64,000 bases of DNA, taken from the NCBI GenBank assembly GCA_034669905.1, contig JAXMOL010000016.1, positions 32,001 to 96,000 of the forward strand, read 5' to 3'. Position 1 is the stretch's first letter. The number at the start of each line of letters is the position of its first letter. The notes below the pieces were generated by a model. The model did no database searches. It saw only the letters and a program-made list of their open reading frames with translations, and had not been told where the DNA came from. The DNA comes from Candidatus Hydrogenedentota bacterium. GTDB lineage: Bacteria; Hydrogenedentota; Hydrogenedentia; Hydrogenedentales; JAEUWI01. Made by a program: the position numbers and the translations under genes. Shown piece by piece: positions 1-10,872 of this stretch.

Positions 1-1763
1 ACCACCTTCATGGAATCAGTCCCCATCTGCCAATCATTGGCCACGAGGTCAATAACCGACTCCTGGGCGAAATGCAGCTTTTTCCCCCGCACATGGCCCG
101 TCTCCAGGTTATAGTTCATACGCCCGGATATCGTGGTGGGTCCGTCACCGGGCAGCACCAGGGTGTCATAGCCCAGGCCCATACCCGTGAGTGCCACATC
201 GATGTCCAAGGGACCTTCCGGCGGCACCTCCACGTCCACCTGTCCCGTCAGTGCACCGCTCAGTCCAGGCACCATCTCCTTTCCGAGCAGCCCTTCGGTC
301 CAGGCATTCACCACCACGTCGCTGAGCGTGTTCTTCGTCTTTAGCGCGCTCCCGAGCATGCCCGACACCGTCGTCTTCACGGTGGCCTTGTTCAGCGTCA
401 GTTCCGTGTCCACCGTCAAGGCCTCCCCTTCCGGCGTGGCGGTCAATTGGAGCGCCAGGGGAATTTCCAGGGTATCATCGGCAAAGCGCGCATCGAGGGT
501 CGCGGTCACATCCAACAGGTCAGGCGCCTGCACCACGGACACGGTACCGCCCAGCCCATTGAGGGGGGCAAGAACGTCGAAGGCACCCCGATAGGCCTCG
601 GGCAGTAAGGCCTGGATCACCCCCTTGGGCCAGGGCGGGAGTTCCACCGTTCCCGTGACCCCGTCATCGGCCACCGTGACCTGGCCGTTCAGGGCCAGGC
701 CCTCCTCCAGCGTCAACTGCCCTTCCACCGACGTGCTGTCTCCATAGCTGCCATGGAGCGCCATCTGAAGGGGGCCTTCATAATAGGGGGCGGCATCGGG
801 ACCGATAGACACGCGAGAAACCGTACCATCGAGCTCCGCCGCATCGACCCGCAGGCCCGACTCCAGGGCATGGAGTCCAAGACGTACATCCGAAAGGGAC
901 AAGGTGTCAAAGCGAATCGGTGTAGGGAGGTGCTCCACGAGTATGGCCGACCACAGCGGATCATCCAATACCGCCACAGGCACCGTGACATCCAGGTAAG
1001 GCGCGCCATCCCGGGTGGAGAGGGCCAGCTGGCCTTCGAGTTGGGCAAGGCGGCCAAAGTCCATCTCCGTGGACACGGCCACATCCGCGCCCTTCCAATC
1101 GAGTTCCAGCTTCAAACGCCCCACGTGGGACTGGGGACCACCGGGCATCAATTCGGAGCGCCATGCAATAGCCAGTTCTTCCGCCCCAAAGGAGAGGTGG
1201 CCCGCTTCCAGACCATAGAGTCGGGCGGCTGCCGCCAGGTTGTCCATTCGCACTTCGTAGCCCGGATACTGAATCTCGGCCCAAAGGTCGTTTACCCGGA
1301 CATTCTCCGGTATCCAAGGGGCCACGTCCAGGTCGGGATTCGCCGGGGCGGTCAACAGGTCATAGAGGAATTGATAGTTGTTGCCACTGCCCCCGCCACG
1401 GAGGGACAACTGCACCCCGTCCAATTCCATCGACGGAATATGACGCGGTGCGTCGGGCTCCCAGCGATATTGGGTTGCGATGGAATCTACCCGGACCAGG
1501 GGCGCATAGAGCCGGGCCGCCTGGTCTGTGAGTGCCAGGGAATGAATTACCAGGGGATTCCGGAGGGTTACGCCACCGACGTGTACATCCGCCTTCAGTT
1601 GCGACGCAAACAAACGCTGAAGGGCCTCCCGTTGGGGAATCCCTGTCCCCAGGAGCCCCACCACCAACACCACCAACATAATGGGCACCAGGAGCATCCA
1701 CAGAAGCACCCGGCGACACCCGCGCCCCCGCCGGGATTTTTCCTTCGCTGACATGGTAGACAT
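1..1763 (-). CDS. Large membrane-anchored hypothetical protein (possibly AsmA/TamB-like), 3' end runs off the window
   Basis: Read manually; absent from the ORF track because there is no stop in the window. ATG at 1763 follows GGAG. Sequence MSTMSAKEKSRRGRGCRRVLLWMLLVPIMLVVLVVGLLG (basic residues plus one TM helix), then a long beta-rich open frame to position 1. The AsmA-like call is inference. Confidence 0.75.
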   Translation of the reverse strand, partial: MSTMSAKEKSRRGRGCRRVLLWMLLVPIMLVVLVVGLLGTGIPQREALQRLFASQLKADVHVGGVTLRNPLVIHSLALTDQAARLYAPLVRVDSIATQYRWEPDAPRHIPSMELDGVQLSLRGGGSGNNYQFLYDLLTAPANPDLDVAPWIPENVRVNDLWAEIQYPGYEVRMDNLAAAARLYGLEAGHLSFGAEELAIAWRSELMPGGPQSHVGRLKLELDWKGADVAVSTEMDFGRLAQLEGQLALSTRDGAPYLDVTVPVAVLDDPLWSAILVEHLPTPIRFDTLSLSDVRLGLHALESGLRVDAAELDGTVSRVSIGPDAAPYYEGPLQMALHGSYGDSTSVEGQLTLEEGLALNGQVTVADDGVTGTVELPPWPKGVIQALLPEAYRGAFDVLAPLNGLGGTVSVVQAPDLLDVTATLDARFADDTLEIPLALQLTATPEGEALTVDTELTLNKATVKTTVSGMLGSALKTKNTLSDVVVNAWTEGLLGKEMVPGLSGALTGQVDVEVPPEGPLDIDVALTGMGLGYDTLVLPGDGPTTISGRMNYNLETGHVRGKKLHFAQESVIDLVANDWQMGTDSMKV

Positions 1764-1818
1764 TCACTCCCGTTCTGGCGACTGGAAAACGCGATTCGAT
1801 GGGTGGAAACGTGAAACG

Positions 1819-3258
1819 TTACTCGCTGGCCTCAGCGGCCGCCTCCTGAATCTTCAGCTGACCGATGATAGGCATAATCTTCGCCTGCTCAAAGAGATCG
1901 CCCTCGGCTAGCTTGATGTGGGTCACATCCGCGAGGGGCTGGTCAAAGGTGGGGTCCACATCGATCCACTTGCCGACCCAGACCTTGGCCCACTGGTGAA
2001 AGTAAAAGCCGGGTTCCGAACCCGAGACATAGACCAGGCCGGCCACTTCACGGGCGGGAAGGCCTGCCGCACGGGCCAGGGCGATAAAGAGAATGCTGTG
2101 TTCGGTACAGTCCCCTTCCAGGTGATCGAGCACTTCAATCGCATTGGTCAGTCGCGCCGAAAAGGTGCTGCGCATGTTGTCATGCACCCAGTCAGAGAGG
2201 AGCCGCGAAATCTTCAGGGTATTTGTTTCGTCCCCGATTATTTCCTTTGCCTTGGCAATAATCTTGGGGCTGTCACTCTGCACAAACTGGGTCGCCTTAA
2301 TCCAGGGCGAAACGGCTTCATCGGTAATGGGCACGTGGACCGGGGTGAAATCCTTCATGGCATAGCGACGCCCCTCAAAGAGATAGTAGCCATCGGCCGC
2401 TTCCACGGTCTGTCGCTCGTCATTAAACACGTGACCGCTATCCATGGGGCCACGAATTTCAAGGCGTAGGGTCGCGCGCTTCCGGGGGTTGGCAATGGGC
2501 GTAGTCACCATGGCCGCGTTGCTCACAATCACATCGTTGCTGTAGCTCACATCCTTGGCCAGATTCTCCGGCTCCAGGCGCATGGTGATCAGACCGGCCA
2601 CCTGATCTTCCAGCGTCGTGCCATCTTCCGCCACATAGGCGATCGATTCGACCCCCATCTGGGCAATGATGGTTTTCACCTTGAAGACCTTGGTATTCAC
2701 GCCATCAAATTCGCGCTCTTCCATGCCCTCGATGGTGCTGGTTCCGGTCAGCTCTTTCTTGTAGAGCGGCTCAAACACAGAAAACTGCATCGAGTTGCCC
2801 GCCTTGGGATTATCCAACACCAACTGGGAGAGCTTGATGGCATCCCGCAGGGATTCCTTGGGCTTGGGCAAGACCGTTTTCGTCTCCGCGCCGCCCACCA
2901 CGCTGGTGAGATGGAGTTCGTCTCCCCGCACTTCACCAAAGAAGGTATTCGTGCCGGCGGGGTCAACCACTTCAGAGGCGATGGTGAGCAAGGCGCCCTC
3001 GGGCGAATAGGTGCGCCGCGCCGTAATCCGCATGTCCTGCTTGATGTTGGCCATGGTGATCTGGAAACGGGCGTCTTCCGTGACCAGGATGGTGCCGTCA
3101 TCATTCCGTTCGACGCCGTTCACCGCGTAGCCGGCCTTCTGATTATTCATATAAACGCCGTACCAACTCGTCCCCAACAGGGACTCCACATCAATGGGTT
3201 GGGCAACGACGGCCTGAACGGACACGAGTAGGATAAGCAGTGCGCGGGCACATTTCAT
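1819..3258 (-). CDS. Secreted transglutaminase-like (Cys-His-Asp) domain protein
   Basis: Signal peptide; motifs EGDCTEHS, FHQWAKVW and WIDVDPTF. Confidence 0.9.
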   Translation of the reverse strand: MKCARALLILLVSVQAVVAQPIDVESLLGTSWYGVYMNNQKAGYAVNGVERNDDGTILVTEDARFQITMANIKQDMRITARRTYSPEGALLTIASEVVDPAGTNTFFGEVRGDELHLTSVVGGAETKTVLPKPKESLRDAIKLSQLVLDNPKAGNSMQFSVFEPLYKKELTGTSTIEGMEEREFDGVNTKVFKVKTIIAQMGVESIAYVAEDGTTLEDQVAGLITMRLEPENLAKDVSYSNDVIVSNAAMVTTPIANPRKRATLRLEIRGPMDSGHVFNDERQTVEAADGYYLFEGRRYAMKDFTPVHVPITDEAVSPWIKATQFVQSDSPKIIAKAKEIIGDETNTLKISRLLSDWVHDNMRSTFSARLTNAIEVLDHLEGDCTEHSILFIALARAAGLPAREVAGLVYVSGSEPGFYFHQWAKVWVGKWIDVDPTFDQPLADVTHIKLAEGDLFEQAKIMPIIGQLKIQEAAAEASE

Positions 3259-3307
3259 ACGCTAAAACCTCCGACGTAACGTGCTACGTCTGTAATACGG
3301 CCTGGTC

Positions 3308-5188
3308 TCAACCGCCAACTGCCGGGCGGGTTGACGGGACCACATGCTGCTGGCCACCCCAAAGTGCGAGCACGAGCAGTGCCCACAGGTGATGGCCATA
3401 GTTTTCTTCGCCCTTCTGATGGGCCTGCCAGAGCTGCTCCACCACCCCCTTCTCCATCACGATGCCGTCGAGACGGTCACCACACAAAACTGTATCATAA
3501 AAGAGCTCCTTGAGGTCGTGACGCATCCACTGATGGATGGGCAGGGAGAATCCCCGTTTCCGTTGCATGAGGGCAGACGGTGGCAGCACCCCCTCCATGG
3601 CCTGCTTCAAAACCCGCTTGGATTGGCCCCGTTCATACTTCAACGCAAAGGGTAGGGTCGCCGCAAACTCCACAATACGGTGATCAAGCAACGGCACGCG
3701 GGCCTCCAACCCGTGGGCCATACTCATCCGGTCTACCTTGGCCAGGATGTCATCGGGCAGATAACGGTGGGTGTCCACCCGGAGCATACGCGTGCCCTCG
3801 TCCAGTGCCCCGCCACCGTCCCAGGATGCCGCGAATCCACGGTCCCCTTCCCGGGCCCCACCGAGCAGCGCAGTGCGTGTTTTTGCGTCGAAGCAGGTCA
3901 GCCGTCGCTGGAAGGCGTCCATCGGCGTGCGAAAACTGTCTTCCTGAAAGCGCCGGTAACGGTTCCAGCGGGCATTGCGGGGCAACAGGCCCAGGAGTGC
4001 ACCCACCCCCCGCCGAATAGGCGCAGGAACCTGACGGTATCGACTCGCCCGCAAGGCCATGTGGGTCCAGGTGTAGCCGGCGAAGAGCTCGTCTCCCCCA
4101 TCGCCCGAAAGGGCCACCGTCACCTGCTCCCGGGCCAGACGGGAAACCAACCACATGGGCAGCATGGAGGAATCGGCAAAAGGCTCGCCCATATGGGCCA
4201 CCAGTTCCGGCAACACGCTACTCAGGTCAGGCGATAAGACCGCCTCGTGGTGCTCCGTGCCAAAGCGCTCGGCCACGGCACGGGCATAGGCCAGTTCATT
4301 CGCCTCGGGGGCGTCGAAGCCGATACTGAAGGTCTTCAGCGGTGCGCTCCGTTGCTGACTCAAGGTGGCCACCACGGAACTGGAGTCGAGACCCCCGCTC
4401 AAAAAAGCCCCCAGGGGCACATCGCTGCGTTCCCGCAATCGTACCGAATCGTCGAGCAAGTGCCGCAATTCTTCCGCGGCACCAGCCAGGGTCCACTGGG
4501 CGTCTGGCGCATAGTCCAGCTTCCAATAGGGCTGTTCTTCCCACTCACCCCGCCGAAACACGAGACAATGGCCGGGCAGCAGCTTGGAGATGCCCTGATA
4601 AATCGTTTGGGGGGCCGGGATATACAGATACTGAAGGTAGTCGTGCAGGGCGTCCCGGTTGGTCGCCCTATCCGCCAGGCCCTGTTGGCACAAGGGCCCC
4701 ATTTCTGAGGAAAAGGCGAAGTTTCCCTGGTGCCACGCATAGAACAGGGGCTTGATACCCAGGCGGTCCCGGGCGAGGAGGAGGGTCTCCGTGGACTGGG
4801 TGTAGATGGCGGCTGCAAACATGCCGTTGCACCGGAAAAACACATCGACACCCCAGGCAGCGAAGCCCGCCAGCAAGACTTCCGTATCGCCGGAGGTGCG
4901 AAATCGATGGCCCATGCCCTCCAGGGTTTTCCGCAACTCCCGGTAGTTGTAGATCTCGCCGTTGTAGACGAGCACGTGATCACCATCGGCGCTGCACATG
5001 GGCTGGCGGTTCGCTTCACTGGTGTCGATAACACAGAGACGGCGATGGCCCAAATCTACTTGCGCGCTCTGCCAGGTGCCACCGTCGTCTGGTCCACGGT
5101 GGGCCAGGGCGTCATTCATGGACTGAATGATCGTGTCCCGGTTTTCGGGGGCGGCGTTTCGCCAGACGACCCCGTTGATTCCGCACAT
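3308..5188 (-). CDS. asnB: Asparagine synthase (glutamine-hydrolysing)-like amidotransferase
   Basis: N-terminal MCGI, HRGPD, YNGEIYN, LSGGLDSS, SGDGGDELFAGY, KVDRMSMAHGLEARVP. Confidence 0.95.
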   Translation of the reverse strand: MCGINGVVWRNAAPENRDTIIQSMNDALAHRGPDDGGTWQSAQVDLGHRRLCVIDTSEANRQPMCSADGDHVLVYNGEIYNYRELRKTLEGMGHRFRTSGDTEVLLAGFAAWGVDVFFRCNGMFAAAIYTQSTETLLLARDRLGIKPLFYAWHQGNFAFSSEMGPLCQQGLADRATNRDALHDYLQYLYIPAPQTIYQGISKLLPGHCLVFRRGEWEEQPYWKLDYAPDAQWTLAGAAEELRHLLDDSVRLRERSDVPLGAFLSGGLDSSSVVATLSQQRSAPLKTFSIGFDAPEANELAYARAVAERFGTEHHEAVLSPDLSSVLPELVAHMGEPFADSSMLPMWLVSRLAREQVTVALSGDGGDELFAGYTWTHMALRASRYRQVPAPIRRGVGALLGLLPRNARWNRYRRFQEDSFRTPMDAFQRRLTCFDAKTRTALLGGAREGDRGFAASWDGGGALDEGTRMLRVDTHRYLPDDILAKVDRMSMAHGLEARVPLLDHRIVEFAATLPFALKYERGQSKRVLKQAMEGVLPPSALMQRKRGFSLPIHQWMRHDLKELFYDTVLCGDRLDGIVMEKGVVEQLWQAHQKGEENYGHHLWALLVLALWGGQQHVVPSTRPAVGG

Positions 5189-5190
5189 AA

Positions 5191-6318
5191 TCAGGACCCT
5201 TGGTCGAGTTTATTCTGCAACAGCGTGTGGTAAAGCTGGCGATGTGCTTCGACCATGCGGTCCAGGGGAAGTTGCTCGCGAACCCACGCGCCCGCCGCAT
5301 TCCCCAACCGCTCCCGCCGTTCGGGATCGTCCAACAGGGCGCATACGGCGTCGGAAAAGGCCACGGCGGTCCGCTCTTCCAGCAGGACCCCCGTCATGTC
5401 ATTTTGGATGAGTTCGGGTATCCCACCGACCGGTGCCGCGACACAGGGCGTGCGCGACGCCATGGATTCCATGATGGCGTTGGGAAAGCCCTCCATCTTG
5501 GAGGTCAGGACCGTAACGTCGATGGCATGCAGGAGGTCAACCACTTCGCTGACCGTGCCCACCCGCGTAAAATGCTCTTCCAGGCGGCGGCGGTAGATCA
5601 TGGCGCGCATCTTATCGACAAGCTTACCGGTACCAATCAAGACAAAATGGACATCCTTGCGACGCGCCAGAATGTGCTGGGCCATTTCGAGAAACAACCG
5701 GTGATCTTTTACCGGACTGAAGTTGGCGATCATCCCCACGTTCAAGGTTTTGGGTGGCAACTTGAAGCGGGCCACAATCTGGGCCCGAGAAACACTCGAG
5801 ACGTAGTCGTCCGCCACCACACCATTGTGGATGACGCTGTAGTCGTTGCGGGAACGCCGCTCCTGTTTGGAAGCGTAGTCAGCCACCGCATGGCTGTTCG
5901 CGATGATGTGGTCCACATAACGATTGGCCCTGCGCTGAAAGAAACGGTGGCGCGCTTTCTGCCAGATGGCCAATTCGCGGCGGCTCGAGACGATGACCGG
6001 CACGCCCACGTTGCGGGCCGCCCGATTTGCAAAGAGGTCGAATCCAGACAGGTAGCTGTGCATCATGTGGGGCATGTGCGCCTGAAAAATGCGCTCCAGG
6101 CGGCGCTGTATCCGGAAGTCCCAACCCGTGGGCGAATCCAGCACGCGCACATAGGCCCCGGCCCGCCGTGCGTCTCCGATCAATGCACCTTCACTCCGGG
6201 TGCAGATGAGGGTCATCTCGAAATCATGTTGCAACCCCTTGAGCAGATGGAGCAATTGGATCTCGCTCCCCCCTACCCGCATGGTAGGAATCACCCAGGC
6301 AATTCGTGGCCGGGCCAT
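5191..6318 (-). CDS. Glycosyltransferase family 4
   Basis: Start MARPRIAW overlaps the upstream stop (TGATG); GGSE motif; EGFPNAIMESMAS and VGGIPELI. Confidence 0.92.
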   Translation of the reverse strand: MARPRIAWVIPTMRVGGSEIQLLHLLKGLQHDFEMTLICTRSEGALIGDARRAGAYVRVLDSPTGWDFRIQRRLERIFQAHMPHMMHSYLSGFDLFANRAARNVGVPVIVSSRRELAIWQKARHRFFQRRANRYVDHIIANSHAVADYASKQERRSRNDYSVIHNGVVADDYVSSVSRAQIVARFKLPPKTLNVGMIANFSPVKDHRLFLEMAQHILARRKDVHFVLIGTGKLVDKMRAMIYRRRLEEHFTRVGTVSEVVDLLHAIDVTVLTSKMEGFPNAIMESMASRTPCVAAPVGGIPELIQNDMTGVLLEERTAVAFSDAVCALLDDPERRERLGNAAGAWVREQLPLDRMVEAHRQLYHTLLQNKLDQGS

Positions 6319-7364
6319 CAGTGCGACTCCAACAGCGAAAGCATTCGGGGCGCGGCCGCGTGCAGGGAAAAGCGGTCTTCCACCGTCGCCCGGGCCGCAG
6401 CGCCCAGGCGGGCACGCAGGGCGGGGTCGCGCAGGGCTTCCAGGGCGGCACGCCACTCTTCGGGCGTTTCGGCAAACCAGCCGTTTTCACCATGGGTGAT
6501 CATATCGGTTACCGCACCAAAGGGCGTGGCGATACAGGGGATACCTACAGCCATATAGAGGAGGGCTTTCAGGGCACACTTCCCCCGGGTCCACTCGTCT
6601 TGGGCAAGGGGCATAAGGCCCACGCTGAAGGATTGCAACAAACTGACCTCCGTGTCATAGTTCCACGTCGCGAATTCTGCTTTCGCCCAGTGTACCTCCT
6701 TTCTATCCGCTCCCGCCACCCGAAGCTCCCCCTCTGCGAGGCCCGCCAGCGCGGGGGCGATAAGCTGGAGGCTCCTGCTCGTGCTCGGTGCCCCCATCCA
6801 GCCCACCGTGAAGTCTTTCGGTGGGCTCGCCGCAGGGACGAAGCGCTCTGTGTCTACCACGGTCGGAAAGCAGGTCGCCGACCCGCCCACCTGGGCCACT
6901 TCATCGGCGAGCCAGGCATTCCCCGCCAACACGTGGTCGGCCCGCCCCATGAGTCGCGAAACCTGCGCGCGATCTTCCAGCGTGGACCAGGGGAAACGAA
7001 GGGGATGGGGTGGTGCCCGATGGACGGCATCGTCCATATCGAAGAGGAGCCGCTTGCTCTGGTGTATCAGAAGGCGGTCCATCCCCTGCAGGTAGGCCGA
7101 CATAACTGCCTTTTGAAGAAAGACAACATCGTAGTTTCGGGCGCTCAGGATCTGACGCAGGCGGCGGGGCGTTTCGTGGAAGTGGTACCAGAAGGCCCGG
7201 CCTTCCCGGTCCGGCCCGGTATGACGACGCCAGACCGCCTCGGTCGTAGGCGCCAACACGGTACAATCCAGCCCGTGGGCACGCAGATACGGCAGAAACT
7301 GATGAACCCGATAGCGCGGACTCGCCGCGACCTCTGGATAAAGAGTCAGAAAGAGTACCTTCAT
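6318..7364 (-). CDS. Glycosyltransferase family 4
   Basis: ASPRYRV, DMDDA, VGWMG, GKCALKALLYMAVGIP. Confidence 0.9.
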   Translation of the reverse strand: MKVLFLTLYPEVAASPRYRVHQFLPYLRAHGLDCTVLAPTTEAVWRRHTGPDREGRAFWYHFHETPRRLRQILSARNYDVVFLQKAVMSAYLQGMDRLLIHQSKRLLFDMDDAVHRAPPHPLRFPWSTLEDRAQVSRLMGRADHVLAGNAWLADEVAQVGGSATCFPTVVDTERFVPAASPPKDFTVGWMGAPSTSRSLQLIAPALAGLAEGELRVAGADRKEVHWAKAEFATWNYDTEVSLLQSFSVGLMPLAQDEWTRGKCALKALLYMAVGIPCIATPFGAVTDMITHGENGWFAETPEEWRAALEALRDPALRARLGAAARATVEDRFSLHAAAPRMLSLLESH

Positions 7365-8287
7365 GGCGCGCCGCTCAATCCAAGACGTTCAAAAGCGGCA
7401 TCGGATACGGCCGCTACTGAAATCGACGCCAGGCAACTGGGGTGACCCAAAGGACACGCCCCCGGTGGCCCGACCACTTCCGCATGATTCCAGAATCCGC
7501 TACAGGCATCGGTGCTTCGCAGGGCAGTAAAGTCCGGGTCATCCCGAATCAGGATATCCGGATCCGTCGGCCCGAAGAGGGCGACAACCGGCGTATCAAC
7601 GGCGCGGGCCACATGCATCAGGCCCGAATCGCAACACACCGCCAGGTCGGCGGCATGGAGCACGCGGGCCGCTTCTTCCACCGTGGTCTGACCGGTCAAA
7701 TCCCAGCCGCAGGGCAGGCCTTCGCCCGTCTGCCCCAGCACGACCACACGGCAACCCCGGGCGGTCAACTGGTCTCCCAGCGCCTTCCAATGACTTCGAG
7801 CCCAGCGTTTCGTCGGCCAGGAAGCACCGGGTGCCAAGGCAACAAGCGGCCCCTTTCCCAAGGGGATACGGAGATGGGGCGGCATAGACGTGTCGCTCAA
7901 GTGAATCTGGGGACGGGCCGCCGGCACGGGAACCCCCGCCTTATCGCAATATACCTTCAGACGGTGCTGAAGTCGAGAAGCGCCCCGGAGCAGCAGGTAA
8001 CGATCCACCACGGCAGGCGGCGCTTCACTCACCTGCACATGGGGGTGGTCCCGAAATAGAATCGGATAGTTGCTGAGCAGATACACCCGCGTGCGGGGAT
8101 AGCGTCGGTGGAGGGCTTCGAATACCGGCAGGGCCATCACTTCATCACCAAGCCGCCAGTTGAGCTCCACGAGCATCGTGCGCTCCGTGCCCCGGAGCCC
8201 TTTCCACCACCAACGAAAGGCGCGGGCGACGCGCTGTAGCCGCCGCTGCACGGGGCCGAACTGCTCTTCGTAGCTGGTACTTTTCAA
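7361..8287 (-). CDS. Glycosyltransferase family 9 (heptosyltransferase-like)
   Basis: RLGDEV, PGASWPTKRW, DSGLMHVARAVDTPVVALFGPT. TTG start is uncertain. Confidence 0.88.
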   Translation of the reverse strand: MKSTSYEEQFGPVQRRLQRVARAFRWWWKGLRGTERTMLVELNWRLGDEVMALPVFEALHRRYPRTRVYLLSNYPILFRDHPHVQVSEAPPAVVDRYLLLRGASRLQHRLKVYCDKAGVPVPAARPQIHLSDTSMPPHLRIPLGKGPLVALAPGASWPTKRWARSHWKALGDQLTARGCRVVVLGQTGEGLPCGWDLTGQTTVEEAARVLHAADLAVCCDSGLMHVARAVDTPVVALFGPTDPDILIRDDPDFTALRSTDACSGFWNHAEVVGPPGACPLGHPSCLASISVAAVSDAAFERLGLSGAP

Positions 8288-8300
8288 CGATGGCTCCCGG

Positions 8301-9467
8301 TCAATCGTGATTCAGGCGGCCATAGACCTCGGCAAGGCGGGCGGCATAGGTATCCAGATCGAAGCGGCGGCGGGCCACTTCCAGGCCTTTCTCAACGCAG
8401 GCCTCTTCCAGCAGGGGATCGGCAATCAAACGGGTCAGGGCCTCGTGGAGCGCAAAGAAATCATTGGGCTGACACAGGAGCGCGCTGTCTTCCACGATTT
8501 CCGGGATGGCGCCGCTGTGGGTCGTGACGACCGGCGTACCGCAGGCCATGCTTTCCATGAGGGACATTCCAAACTGCTCCTGCCAGGTCTCGGTCGCAAT
8601 GCTGGGCAACACGAAGGCATCGGCGCTCTGAAAGAGGGTGGGCATTTCGTCATAGGGACGGGAACCCACAAAGTGGCAATGTTCCATGACATTCAACCGG
8701 CGGGCCAAACGCTCGACACGCTCTTTACCGGGCCCGGAACCCACAACGACGAGCTGAATTCTATCCGCTGTCGGCGAGGCCGCAATGAGCTCCCGCAAGG
8801 CCAGCAAGAGGAAATCAAGGCCTTTTCGGGGGAGAAGCCAGCCCACGAAGAGGATGACGAAGGCGTCCTCCTCCACGCCGAGGGCACTCCGGTCGCCGGG
8901 GCCTGGCTTGAAGCAGCTCAAGTCGACACCGGGGTCAATCACCGTTATCTTCTCCGGGTCGGCGCCTTCGATGACCAGCGTGCGGCGAGACCGCTCGGTG
9001 TGCACGATGAAATGGTCGGCCTCGGCGAGGGCCCGCGCTTTCCGTTCTCGAAAGCGCTCGGTACTTTCCATGTTGAAGGGAATGTTATCCCACACCATAA
9101 TGCAGACCGGAATGCCCCAACGCCGCTTGGCCTCCAGCGCTTCTTCGGTCCAATCGGTGAAGAGTTCCCAGGTCTGGATAATGTCGTAGCCTTCCAACGC
9201 ATCGTGAAAAGGCAGGATGTGGGGCGTGCGATTCCGATAGCGGTAGGTCAGCAGGTTGGACCAGCGCCGCCACAGGGGACCGGCCTGGTAGTCAAAATAG
9301 ATGGGCGTGGTATTCAGCCCGCTCGCATCGGCACCCCGCTCGGCAAAATACTGTTGGATCTCAGAATCCGCCCGGAAAGCCGTGACGTCGTAGTCGCTAC
9401 CCAACCGCGTGAAGGCCGCGAGGTGCCAGGGATTGAAGCGGTTGCCTTTGAGTACGGCCAACTTCAT
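8301..9467 (-). CDS. Glycosyltransferase family 4
   Basis: LFVGWLLPRKG and EQFGMSLMESMACGTPVV. Confidence 0.92.
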   Translation of the reverse strand: MKLAVLKGNRFNPWHLAAFTRLGSDYDVTAFRADSEIQQYFAERGADASGLNTTPIYFDYQAGPLWRRWSNLLTYRYRNRTPHILPFHDALEGYDIIQTWELFTDWTEEALEAKRRWGIPVCIMVWDNIPFNMESTERFRERKARALAEADHFIVHTERSRRTLVIEGADPEKITVIDPGVDLSCFKPGPGDRSALGVEEDAFVILFVGWLLPRKGLDFLLLALRELIAASPTADRIQLVVVGSGPGKERVERLARRLNVMEHCHFVGSRPYDEMPTLFQSADAFVLPSIATETWQEQFGMSLMESMACGTPVVTTHSGAIPEIVEDSALLCQPNDFFALHEALTRLIADPLLEEACVEKGLEVARRRFDLDTYAARLAEVYGRLNHD

Positions 9468-9991
9468 GACGCGTCCGATTCGTCGCCCCAGAAATGGGCT
9501 TCCAGGACCTTTCGCGCCGCATCACGGTCAAGGGGTATATCGATGTGACGGGCCACACATTTCGCTTCGTATTCTTCCATGGAACAAATCACCCGCGCCG
9601 GATTGCCCGCCACCACCGAGTTGGGCGGCACTGATTTCGTCACCACACTGCAGGCGCCCACGATACAATTTTCGCCAATGGTGACAAAGGGCAGGATGGT
9701 GGCCCGCACGCCGATCTGGCAATTATCCCCTATCTCGATGGGGCCAAAGCCTGTGAGGGATTCGTATTTTTCCTGGAAAGGCCAATTCAACCCGTGATTC
9801 ACGAAGGTCACATCATTGGAAACACAGACGCGCTCCCCGATCTTGATGAGCCAGGGTTCACTGCCGAAATCGGTCGTGTAGATGCGGCACCCCTCCCCAA
9901 TACGCACGCCCATGGCACGGAGGGTCCCAATCACGGTTGCCTGCGAACCGTAACGAAGTTTCAGTTTCTGGAGAATGCGTTGGAATGTCAT
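9464..9991 (-). CDS. Hexapeptide-repeat (LbH) O-acyltransferase
   Basis: IGDNCQIG, IGENCIVGACSVVTKSVP, VVAGNPARVI. Confidence 0.92.
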   Translation of the reverse strand: MTFQRILQKLKLRYGSQATVIGTLRAMGVRIGEGCRIYTTDFGSEPWLIKIGERVCVSNDVTFVNHGLNWPFQEKYESLTGFGPIEIGDNCQIGVRATILPFVTIGENCIVGACSVVTKSVPPNSVVAGNPARVICSMEEYEAKCVARHIDIPLDRDAARKVLEAHFWGDESDAS

Positions 9992-10088
9992 GGGCTGGAA
10001 GGGTACCGATGCTGTCGAACTCTGCCATCATTCAAGCAAACATCGCGTGGGCGAAGCAATTTTGTATCCCAAAAAAAAGCGTCGCTCG

Positions 10089-10442
10089 CTAACGAATCGG
10101 GCGGACACGTACCCTTCGGTCGGTCACCACGACAAAGTGCCCGGCGGCCCGTCCAGCAATGGTCCGCCATTGTCGTTGAAGAAGATTCAGGCGCTCCGCC
10201 TGGAGGGCTGCGTCAAATCGAAGCAGTATGATGCCTTCTGAGAGCCCACGGCGAGAATAGATAAGTTCACCAAAATCCCTATCATAGGTCAGAAGGATAC
10301 GATTTTCATCGTTGGCCAACGTAAGCAATTCGTCGTCCGGGATTGATGGTGGGAGTTCGGTGGCCCATACCACATCGTGGCCTTCGGCGCGCAGCCAGCG
10401 AACGAGCATGGCTTCGATATTTACGTCCGCCAGGAATCTCAT
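10089..10442 (-). CDS. DUF5615 PIN-like toxin (VapC45/Mut7-like)
   Basis: MRFLADVN and RILLTYDRDFGEL; coupled to the upstream DUF433 gene by an ATGA overlap. Confidence 0.88.
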   Translation of the reverse strand: MRFLADVNIEAMLVRWLRAEGHDVVWATELPPSIPDDELLTLANDENRILLTYDRDFGELIYSRRGLSEGIILLRFDAALQAERLNLLQRQWRTIAGRAAGHFVVVTDRRVRVRPIR

Positions 10443-10681
10443 TGAATCGCTGGACTATCATCCCAAATGGTACGATCAAAGGAAAGATAGGCTGCCGCAT
10501 AGGCTTGGGCCGCCTGGATATCCTCTCGGGTCAATTGGGGATAGGCTACGAGCAGATCCTCAACCGGCGCTCCGCTCCCAAGGCGCTCTAGAATCAACTC
10601 GACTGTGAGGCGGGTACCTTTAAAAACCGCTTTGCCCAACATTACGTCGGGACGCTGTTCTATATGTCGTTGCCAGTCCAT
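10439..10681 (-). CDS. DUF433 antitoxin
   Basis: PDVMLGKAVFKGTRLTVELILERLGSG...AYPQLTREDIQAAQAYAA. Confidence 0.9.
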   Translation of the reverse strand: MDWQRHIEQRPDVMLGKAVFKGTRLTVELILERLGSGAPVEDLLVAYPQLTREDIQAAQAYAAAYLSFDRTIWDDSPAIQ

Positions 10682-10816
10682 GAAACAATACCTCCGACGC
10701 GATAATTCTAACCGATTGGTGCGCGGGGACTATATTCGATGCCGACAGCCATCCGTCGGCTAGCTCCTGTAAAATAGTAACAGGCAACAGAGAAAAAGGA
10801 AAGGGTGTGCAACGGC

Positions 10817-10845
10817 TTTACCAACACCGAATCCTCTGGTACACT
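10817..10845 (+). promoter_or_regulatory. Putative sigma-70 promoter of hicAB
   Basis: TTTACC-17 bp-TACACT with an extended TG. Confidence 0.5.
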
Positions 10846-10872
10846 TGACTGTAGTGAGGGAGGCGTGCAAGG